Of a DNA stretch of 64,000 bases, positions 52,031 through 60,992 are shown in pieces. Position 1 is the first letter of the stretch; each line of letters begins with the position of its first letter. The translations under genes and the position numbers were made by a program. Below the pieces are notes generated by a model. That model was not told the DNA's origin. It made no database searches and saw nothing but the letters and a program-made list of their open reading frames with translations. The DNA is from Desulfatiglandales bacterium. GTDB taxonomy: Bacteria > Desulfobacterota > DSM-4660 > Desulfatiglandales > Desulfatiglandaceae. The stretch is from the NCBI GenBank assembly GCA_963662465.1, contig OY759599.1:800001-864000 (forward strand). The letters run 5' to 3'.

Positions 52031-52219
52031 TCAATCCATTCTTACCACTTTCTTCATCAATTTTTCAAAACCATCCCAATTATTATTCCGACAAAGTTTC
52101 CCCATTTTTTCTGTCTGAGCCTGTGTAGCAGTTTGATAAAATTTAACCATTTCCACAAAACCCACATTATCCGGGCATGATGCTTCCCATAAATTCTTAA
52201 CAATCTGCCTGGTCTTCAT
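52031..52219 (-). CDS. Small hypothetical protein leading the hen1 operon
   Basis: 62 aa, AGGA RBS, ends 16 nt before the hen1 start. Confidence 0.5.
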   Translation of the reverse strand: MKTRQIVKNLWEASCPDNVGFVEMVKFYQTATQAQTEKMGKLCRNNNWDGFEKLMKKVVRMD

Positions 52220-52271
52220 GTATCTTTTCCTCTATACGTGTCCCCATGCCATTCTCATGATGACCCAGTTA

Positions 52272-52463
52272 TGTGACATTTTTAGCCACATTTAAAGGAA
52301 AATTCTCAAGAAATCAAAATCTCATATTATTGAAAGATCTGTGGCTAAAAATGACACACTAAACTAACTGTCGAGTAATGCGGTTGCCTTCATGCTATCA
52401 AGCATTTCCGATTTCTTCAAAAACTTCATGATTTTTAAAAAGACTATGGCCAAAGACGTCACA
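52272..52463. promoter_or_regulatory. Three 19-bp quasi-palindromic sites in the hen1/rtcB divergent intergenic region
   Basis: TGTGACATTTTTAGCCACA (52272), TGTGGCTAAAAATGACACA (52340, 18/19 inverse match), TATGGCCAAAGACGTCACA (52445). Confidence 0.65.
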
Positions 52464-52490
52464 GTTTCAGAGTAAATTTCGGCAAATCAC

Positions 52491-52526
52491 TTGACAAAAC
52501 AGATCTTTATGGAATTTGATCTGTTT
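52491..52526 (+). promoter_or_regulatory. TTGACA overlapped by inverted repeat AAACAGATC/GATCTGTTT upstream of rtcB copy 1
   Basis: Seen directly at 52491-52526. Confidence 0.45.
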
Positions 52527-52557
52527 GATAAATGAACACATCAAGTATAGGAGATGT

Positions 52558-52849
52558 ATGCGCGCAAAAACGACCCTGATCGCCTCAGATAAGAGCTGGA
52601 TCGAAGGCGATGCCATCAGACAGTTGGAAAAAACAGCGGAGCTGGAGGGCATGCTGTCAGCCGTGGGGCTGCCGGATCTGCACCCGGGTAAAGGAGGTCC
52701 GGTGGGCGCTGCCTGCGGCACCATCGGCGGCGGAAGCCTACAAAAACATTGAAGCGGTCATTGTGGATATGGGCCAGGCGGGCCTCATCAAGGTTCTGGC
52801 CACCCTGCGTCCGCTGATAACGTACAAGATGAGGATGGAAAAACAATGA
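52558..52849 (+). pseudogene. rtcB: RtcB (PrfH-coupled type) remnant with multiple internal deletions
   Basis: WIEGDAIRQL..PDLHPGKGGPVGAA | CG | TIGGG | EAYKNIE...LRPLITYK. Confidence 0.88.
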
Positions 52850-53190
52850 TACGCCGGCTTCAGATTACATCAGGAAGAGGCCCGGAGGAGTGCTGCTGGG
52901 TGGTCTTTCAGCTGACCCATTTCCTGACGCGATTGGCCGGTCGGAAAGGGCTGAAGACAGACCTGATAGAAGCCATTCCTGGAGATTATCCCAACTCCCT
53001 TAAATCAGCACTGATCTCTGTTGAAGGATCTCAAAAAGTCAACGATTTCGTTCAACATTGGGAGGGAACCATCCAGTGGATCGGTCAAAGCCCCTTTCGG
53101 CCCAACCATAAACGCAAGAGTTGGTTTGTGGGAGTGACGACGCTGACACCCATGCCACCTGAAAGCATAAACAGCCGCGCCTTCCGCATG
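52846..53190 (+). pseudogene. prfH: Peptide chain release factor H, truncated before GGQ
   Basis: LQITSGRGPEEC, WEGTIQWIGQSPFRPNHKRKSWFVGV; no GGQ. Confidence 0.85.
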
Positions 53191-53654
53191 AACCCGATCG
53201 AAACTCCTCCAAAACCCCCGGCAGGGCTTCCACCAGATACGACGGTAGTGACAACAAGGTAAAAGATACCGGAACAGTGCCCCTCTCCATCCTGACCGAA
53301 TGGGTCAGAGAACGGATTTCCGGAAGATTCAAGATCAAAGCGGACGCACAGGGGTGATTCTTTGCGCGCCGCAAACTGGTGGATGGGGATGACCAGGTTT
53401 CCGCTCGATGTCACCTAATCGGTTTCCGTTCGATCGCCGCTTTGATAGGCTTCTTTGGAAAGATCCACTGGAAAATGCCGACGTCTAACGCTTTCTTTAT
53501 TTTTTTCTTTTACCCATAATATTTAGCTATTTTATAGAATATTTTTGGAGGTTCTGTTTTTTGTTGAGCATTCCCCTTTTTGCTGTTAGCATTCAGTTCA
53601 CGTAACAAGTATGACATTTTTGCTCACAATTTCAGAAAAATATGGAAAGGGATT

Positions 53655-53991
53655 TATGAAGGACAACAAAATCCTGTTTATTGATGCATCGGCCGAATTT
53701 GTGTGGGGAGGAAACAAAAACAAACTGAGCGATGAAAACCGCACCAAAATACTGGAAGCGTTTATCCAGCGCAAAGACATCGCGCATTTTGCCAAACTGG
53801 TAGATAGTAAAACCATTGCGGAAAACGACTACAATATCGCGGTATCCACCTATGTGGCTCAAAAAGACACCCGCAAGGTGATTGATATTACACAACTCAA
53901 CGCCGAGATTGCCGGCATTGTTGCCCGACAAAATGAATTGCGCACGGCGATTGATGAAATTGTCGCTGATTTGGAGGGAAGCCCGCAATGA
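53655..53991 (+). pseudogene. hsdM: Type I RM methyltransferase C-terminal fragment
   Basis: ILFIDAS..F....NKNKL, IAENDYNIAVSTYV, LRTAIDEIVADLE. Confidence 0.82.
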
Positions 53992-55001
53992 AAGAAAAGC
54001 AAAAAACTAATACCCTTATTTATAAAACCGAAGACGGAAAAGCGGACATTACCGTTCATCTTGAAAACGAGGATGTATGGTTAAGCCAACAGCAAATGGC
54101 GGAACTCTACCAAACATCACGAACCAATGTCGTCGAACACATCAAGCACATTTTTGAGGAAGGGGAATTGGCCGAGGAGGCAACCTGTCGGAAATTCCGA
54201 CAGGTTCAAAAAGAAGGAAGCAGAAATGTAGCACGGGAAATCCCTTTTTATAACCTCGATATGATCATTTCCCTCGGGTATCGGATTAAATCCCGTATTG
54301 CCACCAGCTTCAGGATATGGGCGACAAAACGATTGAATGAGTACATCCGCAAAGGTTTTACCATGGATGACGAGCGTCTCAAAGGCGCAGGTGGTGGAAA
54401 TTACTGGAAGGAACTGCTCGACCGTATTCGCGACATCCGCAGCAGCGAAAAAGTGATGTACCGCCAGGTGCTGGACCTGTATGCGACCAGTATTGATTAC
54501 GATCCGAACACACAAGAATCCATACGGTTTTTCAAAACCGTACAAAACAAGCTTCATTACGCGGTCAATAAACAAACCGCGGCTGAAACGATTTATTCGC
54601 GCGCCGATGCTGAAAAAGATTTTATGGGCTTGACGACCTTTGCCGGTGAGATTCCCATAAAAGCAGAAACCAAAATCGCCAAAAATTATCTGAATGAAGA
54701 TGAATTGTTTCGTCTTAATCGCATGGTATCGGCATTTTTTGACCTTGCTGAAATTAAAGCCCGGGAACATACCCAAATGCGGATGAAAGATTGGGTGGCG
54801 GAACTTGATAAATTTTCTGCAATGTATGGCAAGGGCGTGCTGCCGAATGCGGGGAAAATCAGCCACGATGAAGCCATGCAAAAAGCCGAACAAGAATACC
54901 GCCAATATCAGGCAAAAACGCTCTCTCCCGTAGAAAAAGCGTATTTGGATACCATCAGAACCGTACAGAAAAAAGCGGAGAAGAAATGGCAAGGGCCATG
55001 A
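53988..55001 (+). CDS. rhuM: RhuM family protein
   Basis: VWLSQQQMAELY, YNLDMIISLGYRI, FRIWAT, RIRDIRSSEK. Confidence 0.9.
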   Translation: MKEKQKTNTLIYKTEDGKADITVHLENEDVWLSQQQMAELYQTSRTNVVEHIKHIFEEGELAEEATCRKFRQVQKEGSRNVAREIPFYNLDMIISLGYRIKSRIATSFRIWATKRLNEYIRKGFTMDDERLKGAGGGNYWKELLDRIRDIRSSEKVMYRQVLDLYATSIDYDPNTQESIRFFKTVQNKLHYAVNKQTAAETIYSRADAEKDFMGLTTFAGEIPIKAETKIAKNYLNEDELFRLNRMVSAFFDLAEIKAREHTQMRMKDWVAELDKFSAMYGKGVLPNAGKISHDEAMQKAEQEYRQYQAKTLSPVEKAYLDTIRTVQKKAEKKWQGP

Positions 55002-55085
55002 AAAAATTATTGATGAAAACGGAGATTATATTGTTGTTAATTCAAAATTTATCTCAACTGATGGAAAAGTTAAGAAATATCGTGC
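54998..55085 (+). pseudogene. hsdS: Probable type I RM specificity subunit fragment
   Basis: IIDENGDYIVVNSKFISTDGKVKKY resembles an HsdS target-recognition segment; expected position after hsdM-rhuM. Confidence 0.5.
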
Positions 55086-55186
55086 TGACTTCCGGCAGAA
55101 CGATGGTCGGAAATGACACACTTCCCGTTTAAAAATGTTTACGATGCAACATAATGGCCCTGTTTTCTCTCAGAATACGAAAAACC

Positions 55187-55257
55187 ATTGACTTTCTACC
55201 GTTGAATATGCAAAAGACTATTGACTTTCTACATTGATGGCCGAAATGACTATCTAC
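55187..55257 (+). promoter_or_regulatory. Direct repeats TGACTWTCTAC x3 upstream of the ATPase gene
   Basis: attgactttctac at 55187 and 55220, atgactatctac at 55246. Confidence 0.5.
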
Positions 55258-55303
55258 TCGGTTAACGGTTTATAGCTAAGGATTTACAGGAAGGCATTTT
55301 TCC

Positions 55304-56617
55304 ATGAAACGATGGGTAGAAAAACAGGTGATATCCTGGAAGGATTCGTCACGCCGCAAGCCGTTGATCATTCGCGGGGCGCGCCAGGTGGGAAAGACGT
55401 GGGTTGTGGAGAATATCCTTGCCGGGCAATTTGAAAACTTTGTCAAGATCGATTTGGAAAAGCGTCGGGATTTGCATGTTCATTTTGCAGGAAATCTTGA
55501 ACCTCGAACAATACTGAGTTATCTGGAATTGGCCACGGGTCGCATTACGCCGGGTGAGACCCTCGTCTTTTTGGATGAAATCCAGGCCTGCCCGAGAACC
55601 ATCATGGCATTGCGCTATTTTTATGAACAGATGCCGGAACTTCACGTTGTTGCCGCGGGTTCATTGCTGGAGTTTGCGTTTGGCGAGATCTCCATCCCCG
55701 TGGGTCGCGTGCAATATCTGCACATGTATCCCATGACCTTCCACGAATACCTTCTTGCCATGGGCAGGGAACCCATGGCCGAATATGCGCTCCTCTCTCC
55801 GGCCTACGTTGATCAAACGGTCCAAGAGATGATCCTTCATGAATTACGGAACTATTTTTTCGTGGGCGGCATGCCTGAATGTGTCAAAACCTATCGCGAC
55901 TCGGGTTCAATGGTTGAAACCTTCCGGGTTCAGTCGGAGATACTGGACTCCTATCGTGATGACTTTTCCAAATATATGCCGGGCATTGACGCACTTTGCC
56001 TCGATGCGGTTTTCTTGAACGTGGCAAAAAGTGTTGGCGAACAGTTGAAATATGCCAGGCTTAATGATGGCCATTCGGGACAGACCAATCGCAAGGCGTT
56101 TGACCTGCTGGTCAAGGCGAAATTGATTCAGAAAATCCCCGCTTGCGATCCGTCCGGTCTGCCACTGGGGGCAACCGCCAATCCAAAGAAATTCAAGGGC
56201 GCCATGCTGGACATGGGACTCCTGCAACGGCTCTGCCAGGTGCCGGTGGAATTGGAATTGAAGCAGGAAAACCTCCTGTCCATGTATCGCGGGAAACTGG
56301 CGGAACAATTCGTTGCCCAGGAGCTTCTGGCCTGGCATAGTTCGGAGTTGTTCTACTGGGCGCGCGACGCCCGCGGCAGCAATGCCGAAGTGGACTATCT
56401 AGCCGTCCGTGAAGGAAAGATTTACCCCGTGGAGGTTAAATTAGGCACGGGGGGGAGTTTGCGAAGCCTTCATCTCATGCTTGAAAAATACCCCAATTGT
56501 CCCCGGGGGTTGGTGCTTTACAGCGGACCATACAGAAATTTACCTGATCAGAAGATCGAGTTTCTACCATTATACGGCGTGGCCGGCATCGGCGACAAAC
56601 GGCCGACCGTTGTTTGA
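55304..56617 (+). CDS. AAA_14/DUF4143 ATPase with C-terminal nuclease-like domain
   Basis: GARQVGKT, FLDEIQ, GGMPE, EVDY...PVEVK. Confidence 0.88.
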   Translation: MKRWVEKQVISWKDSSRRKPLIIRGARQVGKTWVVENILAGQFENFVKIDLEKRRDLHVHFAGNLEPRTILSYLELATGRITPGETLVFLDEIQACPRTIMALRYFYEQMPELHVVAAGSLLEFAFGEISIPVGRVQYLHMYPMTFHEYLLAMGREPMAEYALLSPAYVDQTVQEMILHELRNYFFVGGMPECVKTYRDSGSMVETFRVQSEILDSYRDDFSKYMPGIDALCLDAVFLNVAKSVGEQLKYARLNDGHSGQTNRKAFDLLVKAKLIQKIPACDPSGLPLGATANPKKFKGAMLDMGLLQRLCQVPVELELKQENLLSMYRGKLAEQFVAQELLAWHSSELFYWARDARGSNAEVDYLAVREGKIYPVEVKLGTGGSLRSLHLMLEKYPNCPRGLVLYSGPYRNLPDQKIEFLPLYGVAGIGDKRPTVV

Positions 56618-56781
56618 ATATAGTCCGGCCCGAAAAAAGGCCCCTTTTGTCAACATCATTCGCCGGGCTTGGTCGCCATTCTTATGGAAAACTTCCTTTT
56701 TCCACGGCATCCTTCATAATTAAGCATCCTTAAGAAAATCGAGTTCAACTCTTTTGTAAATACTTTAACTATAAGGATATA

Positions 56782-57909
56782 ATGGAAACTCTCAGAAACT
56801 TGTGCTCGATAAAAATAATTGCTTCCCCAAAAAATTGGATTGAAGGAGAAGCCATTAAACAACTGCAAAACACGGCAAAATTTCCCGGTATGGAGATGGC
56901 CGTAGGCTTGCCGGACTTGCATCCGGGAAAAGGGAGTCCCATCGGCGCCGCATTCTTTACGAAAAACATCTTATATCCATACCTTATCGGAAACGATATC
57001 GGTTGCGGCATGGGGTTGTGGCAAACCGATCTCAAGAAAAATAAAATTAAAAGAGACCGTTGGGTCAAAAAATTATATGCCTTAGAAAACCAACGGGACA
57101 ACGATACAAAAGCATGGTTTGAAAAAGATAATTTAAAATCGAATGAATGGGATGGTTCATTGGGCACAATCGGCGGTGGAAATCACTTCGCTGAACTGCA
57201 AACGATTGATTCCATAGAAAATACGGAGCAATTCCAAAAAACAGGATTGAGTCAAAAGCACCTTTTATTATTGGTCCACAGCGGTTCGAGAGGATTTGGG
57301 GAAGAAATACTTAGAAAACATGTGGATCAATTTAAAAGCAACGGCATACATGAAGAATCCGAAGCCGCCATTCAGTATATGAACGAACATGACCATGCCA
57401 AAAAATGGGCTTTTTCAAACAGAGGGCTCATTGCGCATCGTTTTTTAGCGATACTGGGGACAAAAGGCCATCCGGTTTCAGATATTTGTCATAATAGTCT
57501 GAGTCACATAAAAATAAACAATCATTTCGGCTGGCTGCATCGAAAAGGCGCAGCGCCTTCCGATGAAGGCTTAATCGTCATTTCAGGGTCTCGGGGAAGT
57601 TTCAGTTATTTAGTATCGCCTACCGGAGAACAAAATGACAATTGTTTTTCATTGGCACACGGTGCGGGACGTAAATGGAAACGGAGTGAAACCAGGAGCC
57701 GATTAAAAAACAAATATCCATATCAATCGTTATGGAAAACAAAACTTGGCAGCGTCGTCATTTGCAACAATAAAGACTTGCTCTATGAAGAAGCGCCACA
57801 AGCCTATAAAAATATTGAGATTGTTGTAAATGATCTGCAGGAAGCAGGGCTGATAAAAGTCGTTGCCCTGTTAAGACCCCTGATCACCTACAAAACATGG
57901 AAGCCATAA
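56782..57909 (+). CDS. rtcB: RNA ligase RtcB, release-factor-H-coupled type (intact)
   Basis: PDLHPGKG.PIG, GNDIGCG, GTIGGGNHF, HSGSRG, HN, HRKGA, HGAGR, EEAP.AYK. Confidence 0.93.
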   Translation: METLRNLCSIKIIASPKNWIEGEAIKQLQNTAKFPGMEMAVGLPDLHPGKGSPIGAAFFTKNILYPYLIGNDIGCGMGLWQTDLKKNKIKRDRWVKKLYALENQRDNDTKAWFEKDNLKSNEWDGSLGTIGGGNHFAELQTIDSIENTEQFQKTGLSQKHLLLLVHSGSRGFGEEILRKHVDQFKSNGIHEESEAAIQYMNEHDHAKKWAFSNRGLIAHRFLAILGTKGHPVSDICHNSLSHIKINNHFGWLHRKGAAPSDEGLIVISGSRGSFSYLVSPTGEQNDNCFSLAHGAGRKWKRSETRSRLKNKYPYQSLWKTKLGSVVICNNKDLLYEEAPQAYKNIEIVVNDLQEAGLIKVVALLRPLITYKTWKP

Positions 57910-57910
57910 T

Positions 57911-58005
57911 ATGGACTGTTGGGTGCAAATTACATCGGGAAGAGGTCCTGAAGAGTACGGTCGTGCCGTATTTCAAATCATGACAATATTTGCAACGGAA
58001 GCCCA
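57911..58005 (+). pseudogene. prfH: PrfH N-terminal fragment
   Basis: WVQITSGRGPEE then unrelated sequence. Confidence 0.75.
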
Positions 58006-58046
58006 TGGAAAAAACGGGCTTGATCATTGTTTCAACCATTTTGAAA

Positions 58047-58071
58047 AGGGCGAAAAATTTTTCGCTCCTAC
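58047..58071 (-). repeat. GTAG-type REP-like palindrome
   Basis: Reverse complement GTAGGAGCGAAAAATTTTTCGCCCT. Confidence 0.6.
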
Positions 58072-58244
58072 AGGCGGAGAAAACCAAATGCGGCATCCCA
58101 CTGAAAAAAAATACAATAGGATGAGGCTGCAACTCAACTACATTCTATGCTGGATGGATCTTTTTAATTTTGAAGGAAGGAGACTGTTAAAATTGGATAT
58201 CAGGATTATTTGTGACCGGTTCGGACGGAATTTGGCTAAACAAG

Positions 58245-58384
58245 TTCAAAGCTCCGAAAGTAGCCCTGGGCTGCGCCACGGCCGACTCAATAGCGCCGAG
58301 ATCGCGAATCCCAGAGGCTCCTCCAGATGATTCAATGACACGCCGATGAATCTTTATAACTTCCGATAAGGACAAGTAACGCAT
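58245..58384 (-). pseudogene. doc: Death-on-curing (Doc) toxin, truncated before the Fic motif
   Basis: MRYLSLSEVIKIH...GGASGIRDLGAIESAVAQPRATFG. Confidence 0.8.
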
Positions 58385-58581
58385 TAAGCAAGCCTTCGAT
58401 AGAGTTCTGTATTCTTTTTCAGAACATACCTGACTGCCTCCTCAAAAGATTCTTCAGGCCGAGCCAGCAGGTCCTTAATGCTGGCGGCGACCAGTTCTTC
58501 AGGAGAGACACGAAGCTGCACGGCAACCTCTTTAAGTCTCGCGAAGCGATCATCAGAAATGCTTACTGTCATATTTATCAT
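58384..58581 (-). CDS. Ribbon-helix-helix-type antitoxin of the Doc module
   Basis: FEEAVRYVLKKNTELYRRLA tail; TAATG coupling to doc; AGGAGG RBS. Confidence 0.8.
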   Translation of the reverse strand: MINMTVSISDDRFARLKEVAVQLRVSPEELVAASIKDLLARPEESFEEAVRYVLKKNTELYRRLA

Positions 58582-58662
58582 GTGAAATCCTCCTTACGGT
58601 TTTCCTTCGCACAACGGCCGGTAAAAAACGTGGAAATTATTTCCGTTAGGCAAAATGCGGCG

Positions 58663-58772
58663 AATTCCGGGGACACTTTTCTTAATTTTCGTCACTGTGG
58701 AAGACAGGGCCTGGAAATCCAGCGCTGACCCTGCGCCAAAAAGTGAAGATAAGTAAGGTGTCCCTGGAACTT
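58663..58772. repeat. Inverted pair of GGGGACAC-type REP/MITE-like ends
   Basis: AATTCCGGGGACAC...GTGTCCCTGGAACTT. Confidence 0.55.
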
Positions 58773-58938
58773 ACTTGGGGTTAATTGACATATCCCCACT
58801 TTCTGAATTGTGAACTCAATTTTGAGTCCTGATTCCTATCTGTGGAAAAATTAGAAATTGGAAGACTAAACCCAACATGGCGATTTGTCATCAGCGTAAA
58901 AGCATCTATCGCAACATCAAATCGGTCGCTGAACTCGC

Positions 58939-59235
58939 TCAACGCCACTCAACCGAAAGACTTGGCACTCTTTCTGGAATTGGCCGATGGCATGTGGGAC
59001 CTTCACGCAATTGCGCTTCCGTGTATTGTACATCCTGCGTCACATGGATGGGATATGTGGGCGTGCCCAGGCCAAACTCAACGGTATATCGGCCTTCCAT
59101 AATGCTTGTTTCAAGAGTGCCGGTCTCTTTTTGGACCAGGTGGCCATCGTCGTCGCCGAGCCAAATGTCTGTAATCGGTGATGAAGCTGCGATGATGAGT
59201 TTTCGATACACGGGGTTAGTCGGCGTTTTTCTCAT
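58939..59235 (-). CDS. Small hypothetical protein
   Basis: 98 aa with GGAGG RBS; plausible composition (TDIWLGDDDGHLVQKE...GRYTVEFGL). Confidence 0.55.
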   Translation of the reverse strand: MRKTPTNPVYRKLIIAASSPITDIWLGDDDGHLVQKETGTLETSIMEGRYTVEFGLGTPTYPIHVTQDVQYTEAQLREGPTCHRPIPERVPSLSVEWR

Positions 59236-59268
59236 GGTTATCCTCCGAAGGTTCCCAAAATACGCCTG

Positions 59269-59586
59269 TCAAAAAGGCAAGTCATCCTCGTCGACACTGC
59301 CGGCCTTTTCCAAATCAGGTTCAAGCACCGACTGAGAACTCTCTCGATTTTTCTTCTGTCCCTGTTGCTGTTCCCATTCGTACAATTCCTCGTACGACTC
59401 GTTTTGAAAAAGCCAGATAGGATCAGCATTCCTTCTAATGAATTCATCAACTGGGAGGCCTTCGATGGTTGGAGGGCGCTTAATTCGCTTTTGCTTCCCA
59501 TTTATGAAAATGGTCATATACTCCTGACGCCGTCGCTTCTTTTCAGCCTTTTCCGCGGGCGTAAGCTTTCTTTTGTGCTTCACCAT
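59269..59586 (-). CDS. Small hypothetical protein
   Basis: 105 aa, AAGGAG upstream; YMTIFINGKQKRIKRPPTIEG..VDEFIRRNADPIWL. Confidence 0.65.
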   Translation of the reverse strand: MVKHKRKLTPAEKAEKKRRRQEYMTIFINGKQKRIKRPPTIEGLPVDEFIRRNADPIWLFQNESYEELYEWEQQQGQKKNRESSQSVLEPDLEKAGSVDEDDLPF

Positions 59587-59725
59587 GATGGATATTACTC
59601 CTTAGAACAACCGCGGCAATTAACAGATCCGCCATTCGACATAAGAAACACCCTTTTAAGGTGACATTTTTGTTCACGGTTGGGAAGAAAAAAAAGTTAA
59701 AATATCACTTTTTCGAACATAAGTA

Positions 59726-59771
59726 TGGCCAAAAAACCTGGGGCTTTGTACAAGGAGCCCAAGTTTGATCC
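59726..59771 (+). pseudogene. 46-bp relic of a WYL regulator paralog
   Basis: 39/46 identical to 38690-38735 (AKKPGALYKEPKFDP vs ARKPGALYKEPAFDP). Confidence 0.75.
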
Positions 59772-59939
59772 GCGCTACCCGCTGTTTCAAGCATCATAAG
59801 GGGTCTATATTCCATAAGGCGGAATCAATGTCATCATTGGTCGAAACGATGATCAGGACCTGTGCCAAATGCCTCTTCATTCCTTGCAATGGAACGTCCC
59901 CATGCGATATTGTCTGAAATCGCAAAGGAGGAATGCTAC

Positions 59940-60992
59940 ATGAAAGGACACATCACACTGACGCAACGGCAGGTATCGGAGTTTTTGCTGCATGTGGCCA
60001 TTGTGCGACCCGTCTTTATCTGGGGGCCGCCCGGCATCGGCAAGTCGTCGCTGGTGGCGCAGTTCGCAGAATCCGTTGGACTGACATGTGTATCATTGCT
60101 GGGCAGCCAACTGGCCCCTGAAGATATCATCGGCGTACCGCAGATAATTGACGGCAAAAGCCGCTTCTGTCCCCCCACGCTCATCGCAAAGGATGACGCC
60201 TACTGCCTGTTTTTAGATGAACTGAATGCCTGCTCCCATGAGGTGCAAAAGGCCTTCTACAGTTTGATTCAGGACAAACGGATCGGGGATTATCACCTGC
60301 CCGAAGGGTCCATCATTGTGGGGGCCGGAAACCGGGCCCAGGACAGCGCCATTGTCAAACCCATGTCTTCGGCCCTCATGAACCGGTTGGTTCACATTCA
60401 TTTGAAAGTCTCCCATCGGGACTGGCTCGCCTGGGCCGGCCAAAACAACATTCACCCCTGGGTCATGGAATACATTCAAAACCGTCCGGACCATCTGTGG
60501 GCTCAGCCGCCTAAAACCGAGCAGCCCTTTTCCACACCCCGTTCCTGGCACATGCTGAGCGATGCCCTGCACGAAATGGGGGAGGATATTTCCAATGAAA
60601 TGCTGGAAATTCTGTCCTTCGGCTGCCTGTCGCCCCACCATGCCGGTCAGTTCAAGGGGTTTATCAAACAGATTCGCAATCATTACGCATTGTCCTCCAT
60701 TCTTAAAGGTCAGACCCGGTGGCCGGATCATCCGGAGGACCGGGACGTACTCTATTTTCTGGCCCAGTCATTCCGGGCCCATCTCATTAAGGAACTGCCG
60801 CCACAAAAAGTTCAACAGAGCGGTTCCGTCAAAGATCTGGCCTACCGGTCCAAAGCCCTGATCAAACAGCTTGCCGCCATCAGCCTGGAAATTGCGCAGA
60901 TGGTGGTGTTGAAAGATGATCATGATGAGGGATTGCCCGACTGGTTCATGGTTGAAATCGCCAGGGACCTGCCAAGGATTGTGGTGAGATGA
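59940..60992 (+). CDS. MoxR-like AAA+ ATPase
   Basis: WGPPGIGKS, FLDELN, AGNR, SSALMNRL, TPRSW. Confidence 0.9.
   Translation: MKGHITLTQRQVSEFLLHVAIVRPVFIWGPPGIGKSSLVAQFAESVGLTCVSLLGSQLAPEDIIGVPQIIDGKSRFCPPTLIAKDDAYCLFLDELNACSHEVQKAFYSLIQDKRIGDYHLPEGSIIVGAGNRAQDSAIVKPMSSALMNRLVHIHLKVSHRDWLAWAGQNNIHPWVMEYIQNRPDHLWAQPPKTEQPFSTPRSWHMLSDALHEMGEDISNEMLEILSFGCLSPHHAGQFKGFIKQIRNHYALSSILKGQTRWPDHPEDRDVLYFLAQSFRAHLIKELPPQKVQQSGSVKDLAYRSKALIKQLAAISLEIAQMVVLKDDHDEGLPDWFMVEIARDLPRIVVR

Noticed and set aside
53190..53460. Possible ncRNA after prfH
   Set aside because: It reads like a residual coding tail (LSILTEWVRERISGRFKIK) of unknown origin, with only one short hairpin; not assignable.
55187..55257. 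Short direct repeats as a mini-CRISPR array
   Set aside because: The repeats are only 11-13 nt with 13-20 nt gaps, and there are no cas genes; more like operator repeats.
57911..58330. 139-aa ORF as a complete PrfH
   Set aside because: Only ~30 codons are PrfH-like; the rest runs through a REP and the antisense of doc.
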